Positions 1-12,974 of a stretch of DNA of 64,000 bases are shown piece by piece. Each line of letters opens with the position of its first letter. Positions within the stretch are counted from its first letter, which is position 1. A program made the position numbers and the translations under genes. The stretch comes from Octopus vulgaris (Eukaryota), in NCBI GenBank assembly GCA_951406725.2, contig OX597824.1, positions 58,528,001 to 58,592,000 of the forward strand. The letters run 5' to 3'. Under the pieces are notes generated by a model, which saw only the letters and a list, made by a program, of their open reading frames with translations, was not told the origin of the DNA and did no database searches.

Positions 1-143
1 TCGACCCTGAAAGGATGAAAGGCAAAGTCGACGACGGCGGAATTTGAACTCAGAATGCAGCGGCGGACGAAATACCACAAAGCATTTCGCCCGGCGTGCT
101 AACGTTTCTGCCAGCACATCGCCGTTCTGCCAGTTCACCGCCT
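1..143 (-). mobile_element. tRNA-derived SINE (family A), 5' part
   Basis: Minus strand reads ggcgg..gagctggcagaaacgttagcacgccgggcgaaat...gagttcaaattccgcc (A/B-box-like head). The same family occurs at 36925, 52105 and 63285. Confidence 0.8.
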
Positions 144-394
144 TCTGGTTACATATATATATTGTTCCTGTCTAACGGCTGGTCAGCATACATTATGTAG
201 ATATTTTATGAAAGGTGCTCCACTTGTGACGAACACATCATTTATCTGATTGGTTTTTTTCTTTAAGAGAATGGGATGGGATTTGACAGGGATGTGGCTG
301 ATATCCTTAGCAGTGTTGACAACTGAACAGGCTCTTGCGGTTCGAAGTAGTAGTAATAGTATCAGCAGCAGCAATAGCAATAGTGTCAATAGTT

Positions 395-444
<50 letters not shown>

Positions 445-1102
445 TGTAGTAGTAGGAAGAGAAGTAATATTGGTAGGTTTTTCATGTGTTGTTGGGTTTT
501 GATTTCATTTTGTTTACGCAATATATGAAGGCATAAAAGAATACGCAAAACAAAACCACAACAACGAAGTAAAACGCGAAATCAAGAGGATAACATTACA
601 AAGTAGTAGTAGTAGTAGTAGTAGTAGTAGCAGTAGTAGTAGTAATCTAAATACAATAAAATATAAAAAAAAGATTTATACAGATTTCTTAAGCGGAAAC
701 GGAAATTAAATTGCTTGTTTGAGTCATATGATGTGGAAAAAGAGAAATATGGGGGCGAGCGGAGATTGAGGAAGAAACAAACACACACACACATGTACAA
801 ACATATATATACATAAAGAGAGGGACAGAGAGAGACAGAGAGACAGAGAGAAAGATACAGAGAAAGAGATGGAGAGAGAGAGAGAGAACAAAAAATAGTA
901 AAATACACAGAGAACAGTAACATACATACATATATACGAAAGAGACCAATAGAATAAATATCAGGTTTTAAAATTTCTACCGGTCGATACACCAACATGG
1001 CTGCAATCTAATGACTGAAACAAGTAAAAAGTAAAAGAGATACATGCATTCATACATACATACTTACATACATATACATAGATATTTGAGTGTGTGCGTA
1101 TT

Positions 1103-1170
<68 letters not shown>

Positions 1171-1413
1171 CATACAAACATACATACATGCACACATACA
1201 AACATGCATGCTTGCATACATACATACATACATACATACATGCATACATACATACATGCATACATACATACATAAAACATATGTACGAAATGAAAGAGAA
1301 ACAGAAACAAGAAAGAGATAATCGTTCGTTTACTATTTCTTTTCCTTTATTTCGTCTTTTATTCATTTTTCTCTTTCCATCACCACCATTACTACTACTA
1401 CTACTACTACTAC

Positions 1414-1472
<59 letters not shown>

Positions 1473-1854
1473 TCTTTACCACCATCACCACCACATCACC
1501 AGTTATATTACTAGTAGTAGTTATATTTATATCTATTCGAAATTCCCTATTCCCTCTCTCATTCATTATTTCTGCCTCTCTACCTCTCACTTGCCTCTCG
1601 CTCTCTGAATAATTTTACCATTCAATACGCAGCTCGTTACAATTATATTGAAGCACCAATGAAAATTATTTTTCTCCTGAGTTTTGAGGAAGTCACACAG
1701 TTTTGTGTACATTTACGTATAAAGATTACAGGTATATATATATACATGGGGAGAGAAAGAGAGAAAGATTGATAGATAGATAAGTAGACATATAGATACA
1801 TGGAGACGTACACATATATATATATATATATATATATTTATATGTGTGTATATA

Positions 1855-1934
<80 letters not shown>

Positions 1935-2148
1935 GTGAAATAGAAAGATGAATAATCTTGTAGTAGATTAATCAAAAGTTTAACCGATACCTTAGTAGCA
2001 AAAATCACAGCAGTAAAACAGCACGGTTGGAGGTACAACCATATGGTGTTGCAACCGTGCGTTGGTGCGGATAATTGAAATTAGAACATTATTGGTGAAT
2101 TGAAGAAATGGAGCTGAACGCAGATTGAACAGAAATCGTTTTATTTCA

Positions 2149-2228
2149 TTCTACACGTGTTTCGAAAGGCACAAATTACCAAAATCCGATGGAATAATGG
2201 GACCATATTGTGTCTTTCTCTTCAGGAA
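2149..2228 (-). ncRNA. minimal type-I hammerhead ribozyme
   Basis: UUC-CUGAAGA-GAAAGACACAA...UUGUGCCUUUC-GAAA-CACGUG-UA-GAA on the minus strand. Confidence 0.8.
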
Positions 2229-2823
2229 GAAAATAGGAAATCCGTTAGAAAAACAAAAACAGAACAGAGGCGGAGCAAAAACAAATCGAACTATGCTCCT
2301 AAGAGCCCATGGCGAAACTGTTTATCAGTGTATGTTGAGAACCGGTGGCTGAAGAATTCAACGGGTCAGGCATCGGTCAATCATGTGGGTGAGGGTGCGT
2401 AGATGTTCTTTGTGACCGAGAATAAAGTTCTGACTATTTAAGGAATATTGGATGTTTTATAAGGGGCGAGAAAAAAATCTACTTAGAGACGTGTGTGTGT
2501 GTATACTGTTCTATATATGTGTGTGTTGGCGTAGGGGTAGAAAACATTTTTTGTGTACGTGTGTGCGTTTGATCGTTCGGCTGTCAGTGGCTACTGCCGT
2601 GATAACCGTTGGGTGGCAGAAAAAAATTATATATATATCATGTTTTATGTGTGTGTGTGTTCATCTAAGCCTGCCTTGTCAAGGAAACCCCCCGCTGTGA
2701 AAAAACCAAGCCCCGTTTGTCTTACAGAAGTAATTCCCCTTGCAGTGGTTAATCGTAGATATCTTAAAGGCTATTTCAGAATTTGTTACCAAGGGCTATG
2801 GGTGCCGGTATTATTTATAAACG

Positions 2824-3237
2824 CTATTTAAAAGCCAGATAAGTGTAACGCCGCCAATGGGGGCATCGAAAAGCCGACTGTAAAAGCCCGTTTACCATCC
2901 GGCCTCTGGCAAACAAAATATGGAAGAGTTCGGAGACACAAAGGTTGCACTGCCTTCTGCCCCTATCAAATGGGAGGGCCACCGACAAAATTGACCATTC
3001 CAGCCTGTAGCTTAAGTTCGTATCCTTCAGTCGCCATATTAGCTTACTGAGTCCCGTGGTCTGGCGCTTGTTCATGTCCCGAAAAGTTGCGTAATGGTTG
3101 GAGACACGCAAAGACAATCTTGAGGATGAGGCCCCTACATAAGTGAAGACATCTGAGTCCGTGTAAACCTTACATTGGTAGACGGCGTTTTTGATCTTGG
3201 AGTTCGCCGACGTGAATCTAATTCTGCTAGGATTAGT
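2824..3237 (-). pseudogene. GIY-YIG endonuclease domain fragment of a PLE (Naiad-like), no start codon
   Basis: Frame reads ..KIKNAVYQCKVYTDSDVFTYVGASSSRLSLRVSNHYATFR..TGLSKLIWRLKD..WSIL..RQCNLCVSE..FRCPH. It carries AVY..YVG (GIY-YIG), R..NH and a CxxC..CxH tail. Clade assignment is from memory. Confidence 0.75.
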
Positions 3238-3287
3238 TTCTAATCCTAAACTAATCCTAGCAGAATTAGATTCACGTCGGCGAACCC

Positions 3288-3662
3288 AAGATCAAAAACG
3301 CCGTCTACCAATGTAAGGTTTACACGGACTCAGATGTCTTCACTTATGTAGGGGCCTCATCCTCAAGATTGTCTTTGCGTGTCTCCAACCATTACGCAAC
3401 TTTTCGGGACATGAACAAGCGCCAGACCACGGGACTCAGTAAGCTAATATGGCGACTGAAGGATACGAACTTAAGCTACAGGCTGGAATGGTCAATTTTG
3501 TCGGTGGCCCTCCCATTTGATAGGGGCAGAAGGCAGTGCAACCTTTGTGTCTCCGAACTCTTCCATATTTTGTTTGCCAGAGGCCGGATGGTAAACGGGC
3601 TTTTACAGTCGGCTTTTCGATGCCCCCATTGGCGGCGTTACACTTATCTGGCTTTTAAATAG
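3288..3662 (+). pseudogene. GIY-YIG endonuclease domain fragment of a PLE
   Basis: Same protein as 2824-3237(-); ORF track 3369..3662 extended upstream to KIKNAVY. Confidence 0.75.
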
Positions 3663-4255
3663 CGTTTATAAATAATACCGGCACCCATAGCCCTTGGTAA
3701 CAAATTCTGAAATAGCCTTTAAGATATCTACGATTAACCACTGCAAGGGGAATTACTTCTGTAAGACAAACGGGGCTTGGTTTTTTCACAGCGGGGGTTT
3801 CCTTGACAAGGCAGGCTTAGATGAACACACACACACATAAAACATGATATATATATAATTTTTTTCTGCCACCCAACGGTTATCACGGCAGTAGCCACTG
3901 ACAGCCGAACGATCAAACGCACACACGTACACAAAAAATGTTTTCTACCCCTACGCCAACACACACATATATAGAACAGTATACACACACACACGTCTCT
4001 AAGTAGATTTTTTCTCGCCCCTTATAAAACATCCAATATTCCTTAAATAGTCAGAACTTTATTCTCGGTCACAAAGAACATCTACGCACCCTCACCCACA
4101 TGATTGACCGATGCCTGACCCGTTGAATTCTTCAGCCACCGGTTCTCAACATACACTGATAAACAGTTTCGCCATGGGCTCTTAGGAGCATAGTTCGATT
4201 TGTTTTTGCTCCGCCTCTGTTCTGTTTTTGTTTTTCTAACGGATTTCCTATTTTC

Positions 4256-4335
4256 TTCCTGAAGAGAAAGACACAATATGGTCCCATTATTCCATCGGAT
4301 TTTGGTAATTTGTGCCTTTCGAAACACGTGTAGAA
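4256..4335 (+). ncRNA. minimal type-I hammerhead ribozyme
   Basis: ttc CTGAAGA gaaagacacaa..ttgtgcctttc GAAA cacgtg TA gaa. Stems I and II pair; stem III is palindromic. Confidence 0.8.
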
Positions 4336-4423
4336 TGAAATAAAACGATTTCTGTTCAATCTGCGTTCAGCTCCATTTCTTCAATTCACCAATAATGTTA
4401 TATATATATATATATATATATAT

Positions 4424-4510
<87 letters not shown>

Positions 4511-4690
4511 TATAGATAGGAAAGTGAGTTGTTGAAATTTAGGTACATTTTCAGCAACACATTTTCCTATATTTTTTTCCTGCCTGGAAACATTCGCCCT
4601 CTTTTGTTATATATATATATATTGTATATATATATTGTGGTGCCCCAGCATGACCGCGGCCTTCGGGCTAAAACATTTTAAAGGATTTAA

Positions 4691-4745
<55 letters not shown>

Positions 4746-5219
4746 TTGATATATGTATCTATATATAAATGTATCTATATATATGACTGGAAATATACAT
4801 GTATATATATATGCATTTGTGCGTGTCTGTTTGTAGTCATAGCTAATTAATCCATGTAACAATTTACATCCCTATTCGCCACTTAAGACGGAGTAATTCA
4901 TGGACATTGAATATACTTTATATTCTGTACTGAGTTCGCTTTCCCTCGATTGTTAAAGCGACGTCGCTCACGCACTACAAGATTCAAAATTTCATTAGTA
5001 CTAATGACATTTGTTCTCATTGCAGATGCAAACTTTTAAAATTCTGTTGAATTCACTACAATTAATCATCTTATTTTAGTTTTAATTATACTTTCTTCCT
5101 GCAACTTTTCCAATAGTCTATATATCAAACGTCATGCTCAGTGAATACATTTCACAAAATAATTAACACTCTCAGAGATGTAATACGATTGAAACTTGTC
5201 TGGAATTATTATCCTTTTT

Positions 5220-5328
5220 AGCAGGATTAACTCAACGGTTTAATACTGAGCCCCTCTATATCTGTCTATATTTAAATTTTATCAATTTAAATATGGGCCC
5301 TCCCAAAGTTGTGACTTTCCCCCATTTT

Positions 5329-5381
<53 letters not shown>

Positions 5382-5870
5382 TGTGTATGTGTGTGTGCGT
5401 GTGTGTTTGTATGCGTGTGTGAGTGAATGGGTAAAGGTATATGGCTTAGTAGTTTGTGCTCATAGATCAGTTTTAACATTGTAATTATTCAAGATTAACT
5501 CAACGGTTTAGTACTGTTACTATTTCTGGTTTAACTCTGATTATTGGAGGATTAACTATTATTAACACTCTGTTTATTGAAGGATTAACTGTTCACTTTA
5601 AAACTATTATTGCAGAATGACACTTAAAATTTCAGGATAAATTGTACGTTTAACACTGATATTTCAGGATTAACTCTAAGTTTTAACACTTATTATTGCA
5701 GGTTTAATAATAAGTTTAACACCGTTGTTATTTCAGGGTTAACTGTAAATTTTAACACCGTTATTATTGCAAGATTAACTGTATGATTACTATTATTATC
5801 ATGGCAGGATTAACTGAACGTTTTAATACTAGTATTTTAGTATGATTAACTGTAATTTTAACACTGTTGC
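5220..5870. repeat. degenerate ~40-bp minisatellite
   Basis: Recurrent unit gcaggattaactgt..ttttaacactgttattatt, about 10 diverged copies, most in 5490-5870. Confidence 0.7.
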
Positions 5871-6774
5871 CAAATTGTCTTTCGATTTCTTGTAGAAATG
5901 TTTGAAAGTGAGAGAGAAAGAAATCGAAACGGTTGGCTCACCAATTTTGAACTGATCTTAAAAATGAAGTTACAACAGAAATACATTTACTGTCAATACT
6001 TAAAGCAAATTAAGGATATCTTGAACTGAAGTATTTAGTATTGTGACCACAATTTGTTTTGAAATATTTCTAAAAGCTTTGTGTTTGAAAATATTGTTAA
6101 CACTTCATGCTACAATAATAACAGCAGTAAAATCTTTTCAGCAACGCAAACGTCTCGAAGATATCTTAAAGTTCAACTAATGTTCTAAACCAATTATTAT
6201 ATTAATTGATAAAATTACCAGAAAAATTCCTTATCAGCTAATTACAATTATTGCTGTTTATTATTAAGTGTTTAATAAACTGGTGTTTCTGGCATTCATG
6301 GAATAAAGCTACTATATTTGCCGGTTGTCATATACAGACAGTCTGAGATTAGAACATTTAACTTATGTTCTTTTCATCACACACCAAAGGTTTTCGATTC
6401 TTTTATATTTTATCATAATCATATTTTTCTAAAGAAAAATGAACTACATGTTTAAAAGTTCTTGTAAACGATGAACTTTATTGCAGAGTCATAATCAAAG
6501 ACCTAAAATTCCCGACAGACATATGCGATCTTGGATTACCGAATGAAAGAAAAAACTCTGAAAACATGATTCAGAGTTTGTTCATTTAAATAGAGTCGGG
6601 AATTTACTGCGTTATGGGTGGTGGATATGAAGCTAAAGAGATAGATAAATTAGCCATGAGTGCACACATGCACAAAGACACACATGCATGTATTTATATA
6701 TGTACTTGCATGCGTCTATATATGTTTCTGTGTATGCGTATGTATAGATGGATGGATGAGTGTACCTGTCTCTG

Positions 6775-6816
<42 letters not shown>

Positions 6817-7107
6817 TATGTATATAATGTATGTACGTATATATACTATGTATATATGTGTGTGTATGTATATATGTATATATAATTTTTAACGAACTTT
6901 TTAATATTTTCTCAAGATTTTTCCTGTAAACTGTTTTTAACATTTTCTTATTATTATCAAAGAATGTATATATGAATTGTAATATTTTGTGACAACCAGT
7001 ACTTAACACAACAAAGCTTTTACATTTTACTTTTGACAATCTATTTCTAAAAATGTGAAATCAGTCAAGTGAATAAACATCTTTTAAAACTGCATTTTCA
7101 AACCTTC

Positions 7108-7171
<64 letters not shown>

Positions 7172-7207
7172 TATGTATATGTATGCATATGAATGTATAT
7201 ATATGCA

Positions 7208-7294
<87 letters not shown>

Positions 7295-7346
7295 ATGTAT
7301 GCATATGTATATGTATATATGTATATATATATATATATATACACAT

Positions 7347-7653
7347 ATCACGTGATCACGTGACCGACCAGACCATCAGATGCTGCTACACATCGCTGGT
7401 CACAATGCATTCGCACTGCTTTAGCCTTCGAATGACGCCACCCCGCTGGTTAAGCGAGCAGACCAACAGAAGAAAGAGTGGGAGAAAGAGTGGTGAAAGA
7501 GTACAGCAGGGATCACCACCCTCTGGCGGAGCGTCGTGGAGCTTTTAGGTGTTTTCGCTCAATAAACAGTCACAACGCCCGGTCTGGGAATCGAAACCGC
7601 GATCCTGCGACCGCGAGTCCGCTGCCCTAACCATTGGGCCATTGCGCCTCCAC
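7347..7653 (-). mobile_element. tRNA-derived SINE (family C)
   Basis: Minus strand head ggaggcgcaatggcccaatggttagggcagcggactcgc..ggtttcgattcccagacc (A and B boxes). Confidence 0.75.
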
Positions 7654-7980
7654 ATATACACACATATATACACACACACATATATATATATATTAATAAA
7701 TAAAACATATGCATATATATATACATATATGTACGTACCTACCTCTACATGTATATATACACGCATATATGAGTACAGGACAAATAACACAATGAAAAAA
7801 CCCCTTCTTCAGTCGCCATGGTTTCATCTACTCTACGTTTCGAAGGTGAAGGCGAGACGTATCTTCGATAGAAACTTTCCTTCCTGCGAAAAGCAAATCA
7901 ATTTTTAGTTCGATTAGACGTCATATTAATCTCATGCATCCATAAACTCATATAAAACATCCAAGGGTATATATTTTTTC

Positions 7981-8058
7981 CCTCTGAAGATATGCTCAGG
8001 TGATATAATTTAATATTTACTTAATATTTACTAAGTATTAATTATAACAGATGTAAGG
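7981..8058 (+). ncRNA. degenerate type-I hammerhead
   Basis: cct CTGAAGA ... (GAAA eroded to ataa) cagatg TA agg. Followed by an AT-rich tail ending at (AT)n. Confidence 0.4.
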
Positions 8059-8372
8059 ATTGTTGATTAATTTTCTGTTAATAATAAACAATTATTAACT
8101 TCTCAATCTTCATTTTCTTTTCTTCTCATATATATATGTGTGTGTGTGTGTGCCTGTGTATGCGTGTGTGCGTGCGTGTGTGTGTATGTGTTTAACTGAG
8201 TTATTAGCGAGATATTATCAATCCAGGCAAAATAAGCTCTTTGTTAGTTCACCAAGCTAACAATATTGTTCAAATTACTGAAGTACTCCGCGTATTCGTG
8301 TGACAAGATCTGAGGTTATAGCTTATAACCTTCTATATTGTGAATCCATGGTTGCGCCCCCAGTTATATTTA

Positions 8373-8772
8373 TCTCTTATTATAAAAGGCAGATTTTATC
8401 TGCCTCCCTTTGGGAGTTATACAAATCTACAATATAGGATTTCTTCAATTACAATTTACCTAGCATTTTTGAGAGTACAATGCATCGCGTCATGCCAGGT
8501 CCAGTTTTTAAAATTTAAACTCCAATTAAGCAAAATTTACAGAAAACTCACATTCTGGTGTGTGTGTCAAATGCTTTTCTTAGTCTGGTTTACACCACAC
8601 GCAAACGCACACACACAGTGGGCAACGAATAAAATGAAAGTAAATAGCGACAGACTGATTTGAGGAAGACTAAAGTGAAAGTATTCTGTCCATGACGCTG
8701 ATAGATACATGAGTAAAATGTATGGGAAGCTAAGAGCTAAGAGTGAGTGAAAATGTTCTTGGAAGAGAGTAA
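8373..8772 (+). mobile_element. non-autonomous Helitron, 5' portion
   Basis: Starts TC (tctcttattataaaaggcagattttatctgcctccc); near-identical to the 5' ends at 10291 and 40338(-). Confidence 0.65.
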
Positions 8773-9063
8773 TTAGTAATAAAGTAAACATACACTCATA
8801 CATACATACATACATACATACATACATACATACAACACACACACACACACACATACATACATACATACATACACACATACATACATACATACATATACAT
8901 ACATACATACATATACATACATACATACACACACACACACATACACACACACACAGTATTGAAGCTTGAGAACAATCAGATACATTTGCAACACATCTGT
9001 TGAAAATATTATTGTTCACACACATACATATACATATATACATACAGACAGACAGACAGATAG

Positions 9064-9094
<31 letters not shown>

Positions 9095-9149
9095 ATCCAG
9101 CATGGCCACAACCTCAAGGCTGAAACATATAAAACAATAACAGAATATA

Positions 9150-9510
9150 AATGTGTGCAAAGTACAAGAAATATTAATGCAGTATATGGGGATTGGACAA
9201 TAAGCGTAAGGCAGTGTCAATGGTGGTTCCAGAAATCCCGAGCCATAAACTACAGCCTAGAAGACGAGCCTCATCCTGAAAGATCTGTAGAACTCGACAA
9301 GGACATCCTGAAAACCCTGGTGGAACAAAATATCATCGTAACTGTTGAGGAACTAGCAGAGAAGCTTGGATTTGGTCATTCAACCATTCATTGACACCTG
9401 TGTGCTATCGGAAAAGTCAGCAAATTGGGTCAATGGGTTCCTCACGAACTTTCCGAGTCTAATTGCATGCAGAGAGTGAATGTATGCTTTTCTTTGCTGT
9501 CATATCTCAC
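9150..9510 (+). mobile_element. mariner transposase N-terminal fragment (pseudogene)
   Basis: RNINAVYGDWTISVRQCQWWFQK..SLEDEP..TVEELAEKLGFGHSTIH*HLCAIGKVSKLGQWVPHEL. HTH plus the diagnostic WVPHEL motif, with an in-frame stop. Confidence 0.9.
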
Positions 9511-9529
9511 CACTACTGCGCTATGTATA

Positions 9530-10166
9530 TCTATATATATAAAACTGTAGTTGTGTGAGTGTCTGTCCCCTTCGATTTAGATTCCTAACTACTCCCACAT
9601 TTTGCGGTACAGTTTAACCAAATTCGGGTAGCTTATAGTCGTGATTCATATCGAGCCCGTCTGAATATTAGCGCGCGTCTACGATGAGTCTACGATTTTA
9701 AAAATAATTTAACATCATTTTTTATTCCATTTTAATGCATAATTTTTCGTGTGTCGATGGCGGCGGAGTTGGCGTCCACGCTCACACCTGCACCTGTGGG
9801 GAAGGGAGTGTAAGGAAATCAACGTCGTAATGCGTTGTCAAGGAGACCAGTGTTCTTTTAGAACAACGACTTCATGGCTTGAAGACACCAAAACAGAAAT
9901 GGCTAAGAAAGCGTCTACATGAGTCTACGATTTAAAAAAAAATTTACCATCGTTTTTTTTCCATTTTAATGCATTTTTTCGCTATTATATAAGGGAAGTA
10001 ACTCTCTAAAAATGTCTACGATGAGTCAACGATTTAAAAAAAAATTTACCATCATATTTTTTCCATTTTTAATGCATTTTTTGCTATTTTTTGGCTATAA
10101 CTCTCTAAAAATGCTTATATAGTTATTTCCCTTACAAACCCGAGCAACGCCGGGCGATACTGCTAG
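9530..10166 (+). mobile_element. non-autonomous Helitron (short form)
   Basis: 5' TC, 3' hairpin cccgagcaacgccggg followed by CTAG, inserted between A and T. Confidence 0.8.
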
Positions 10167-10290
10167 TATATATATATATACAGAGTCATATACAAGACAA
10201 AGTATAAATAATAGTTATTTCATAATTTTTATTGTAGTAGATTTTATATGATATATATATACATACATACATATATATATATTATATATA

Positions 10291-11842
10291 TCTCTTATTA
10301 TAAAAGGCAGATTTTATCTGCCTCCCTTTGGGAGTTATACAAATCTACAATATAGGATTTCTTTAATTACAATTTACCTTGCATTTTTAAGAGTACAATG
10401 CATTGCGTCATGCCAGGTCCAGTTTTTAAAATTTAAACTCCAATTAAGCAAAATTTACAGAAAACTCACATTCTTGTGTGTGTGTCAAATGCTTTTCTTA
10501 GTCTGGTTTACACCACACGCAAACGCACACACACAGTGGGCAACGAATAAAATGAAAGTAAATAGCGACAGAGTGATTTGAGGAAGCCTAAACTGAAAGT
10601 AATTAAACCACTACTCAAAAAATAAAAAAACACAGCAAACAGAAACAAATAAATACATAACCATTTAGTCCTCACACAATTTCTTCAATTAGAATTTACC
10701 TAAGATTTTTCAAAGTACTCCATTCGCTCATGCCATAATATATTTCTTTCAATTTCACCCCCAATTAAGACAAAATTCGAGAAAACTCAATATTTTAACA
10801 TATCACTCCGAAAGCATTGATGTACATGTGTGCTTGCGAGAGTGTGTGTGTGTCATTCCTCACACACACGCATACACATACATATACAACTACATACAAC
10901 TACATACACATACAACTACATACAAACACGTGTGTGTTTGTTATTAGTAAAAAAGGCGCAAAAACACAACTCACTTATCATTCCAACACATTTGCAAAGA
11001 CACACGGAGGACAGAAAAGGTAAATTGGTTTTTATTTTACTCTGTATATATTTTATTATATAATATTATATATAGATATATGTATACATAATTGCAGTAT
11101 GAAACAGTGTTTATGTATAAACAGACGACATTTATATATAGTTACCAAGCCGCCCGAATTTACCTATTCATATTTAAATGAGAATATCAGAGCAAATCTC
11201 TTTAGTACATTCGTGAAAACACGTATTATACTTCGTAAACACTTCAACTACAGTTTTGTACAAAAATCGAAGTGTAATTTTAATTCCGTGAATTATGGGA
11301 GATTTTTTTCCGAAATTTGTTCCTATTGTGTTTTCAAAATTTGTAATTCTGACAAAAAATGGATACGAATTTCATTATATCAAGCAGCGAGTCAGAATTC
11401 GAAGGATTTTCTACTGAAGACCTTCATAAATCTAACTCTATGACTGAAAAAAAAAAGCATCTTTATATAAGAGTGAAGTCGTGTGTCTGTCTCCTACGAT
11501 TTCGATTCCTAACTACTCCCACATTTTGCGGTGCAGTTTAACCAAAAGCGGGTATCTTATAGTCGTGATTCATATCGAGCTCTTCTGGGTATTAGCGTGC
11601 GTCTACGATGAGTCTACGATTTAAAAAAAATTTACCATCATATTTTTCCATTTTAATGCATTTTTTTCGCTTTTATATAAGGGAAGTAACTCTCTAAAAA
11701 TATCTACGATGTGTCAACGATTTAAAAAATATTTACCTTAATTTTTTTTCAATTTTTAATGCATTTTTTGGCTATAACTCTCTAAAAATGCTTATATAGT
11801 TATTTCCCTTACAACCCGAGCAACGCCGGGCGATACTGCTAG
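10291..11842 (+). mobile_element. non-autonomous Helitron (long form)
   Basis: 5' TC, 3' cccgagcaacgccgggcgatactgCTAG, A|T target; shares modules with 39167-40338. Confidence 0.8.
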
Positions 11843-11915
11843 TATATATATAAAAAAATTTTTCCTTACTTATCATTTCTCCACGTGCGGTCAACACAAC
11901 CCCACCATTTATTGA

Positions 11916-11953
<38 letters not shown>

Positions 11954-12323
11954 CACGTATAAATACACTCACAGGCAATAGACACATTTTACTTATTATA
12001 TATGTAATATGTATACACATACATACACACACACATGTAAATATACGCACACGAATGTGCGTGTGTATACATATTACATATATAATAAGTAACGTGTCTA
12101 TGCGCGTGAGTATATTTGTACGTATAACTTTCTGTGGATATCTATGTGCGTTCTGTGGATATCTAGCAGCATCATGTATAGATCAATGATGTGCGCTTGT
12201 GTTCGTTCAAATATGTTTCTTTGTACAAAGAAAAACACACATACAAACACACTCCACTCACACACGTGCAGACATGCACACTCGCGCTCACGCACACGCA
12301 CACGGGCACGCGAGCCCACACAC

Positions 12324-12373
<50 letters not shown>

Positions 12374-12937
12374 ATACACATATATAACCAGCATGCAATA
12401 ACCCATATGTACATATACACATGGATAGAAGCACACACAGTTCAACGCTTAATAACTTCCGTGACAAAATGTAATTATATGCTTTTAGCTTGACGATGAC
12501 AAATCCCAGTAATCACGTGACTACAATATGGACTCTGAAGCTTGACATCAGCGGTATGAAGAAAACCCTTGGAAACTTCATCTATGGTTGGTATTAGAAG
12601 GATGCTAATCTATGTTGTAGTTCAGCCTGCTTTTACACATGGAACTCGTAGATTCACAAATTGTATTAAGAAAGGGAATGGGTTTTCTGTAGAATACAAA
12701 CCAAATAATTAGCGTGAAACAAGAAGGAATGATTTGAAAATAAGAATCCAAGCAACGCTGACATCTAATGTACGCACATCACACACACCTCACACATACA
12801 CTAAAGTACACAAAAACTTACGTATTCCATCTTTTATACTCTCATTTAAGTATTGGGTTCTATTTCTCACATTTGTAAAGATAAAACTTATATATATATA
12901 TATATACATATATAGATATATATATATATATATATGC

Positions 12938-12974
<37 letters not shown>

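Larger units (their letters stand above)
1930..3239 (-). mobile_element. 5'-truncated Penelope-like retroelement (GIY-YIG C-terminus plus 3' UTR/pLTR with hammerhead); left arm of a palindrome
   Basis: Reverse complement of 3248-4399 plus about 155 nt of extra 3' sequence ending at an (AT)n tract. Encodes the same GIY-YIG fragment. Confidence 0.8.
3248..4399 (+). mobile_element. 5'-truncated Penelope-like retroelement; right arm of the palindrome
   Basis: GIY-YIG fragment to the stop at 3662, then a ~740-nt 3' UTR containing a hammerhead. Ends directly in (AT)n(GATA)n. Confidence 0.8.

Noticed and set aside
2125-2831. ORFs duplicated at 3734-4359
   Set aside because: They are antisense to the PLE 3' UTR and identical only because of the palindrome.
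2085-4399. DNA transposon/foldback element with giant TIRs
   Set aside because: The arms encode a PLE endonuclease end plus hammerhead, are unequal in extent, and have no transposase or TSD.
3288-4399. Selenoprotein recoding (reported for some Naiad PLEs)
   Set aside because: There is no in-frame TGA in the retained fragment and I could not support a SECIS element.
5220-5870. CRISPR-like array (also 31300-31710)
   Set aside because: Eukaryotic context, degenerate units without unique spacers, and no cas genes; these are minisatellites.
7560-7653. tRNA genes at SINE heads
   Set aside because: There is no full cloverleaf, and the sequence continues into SINE bodies.
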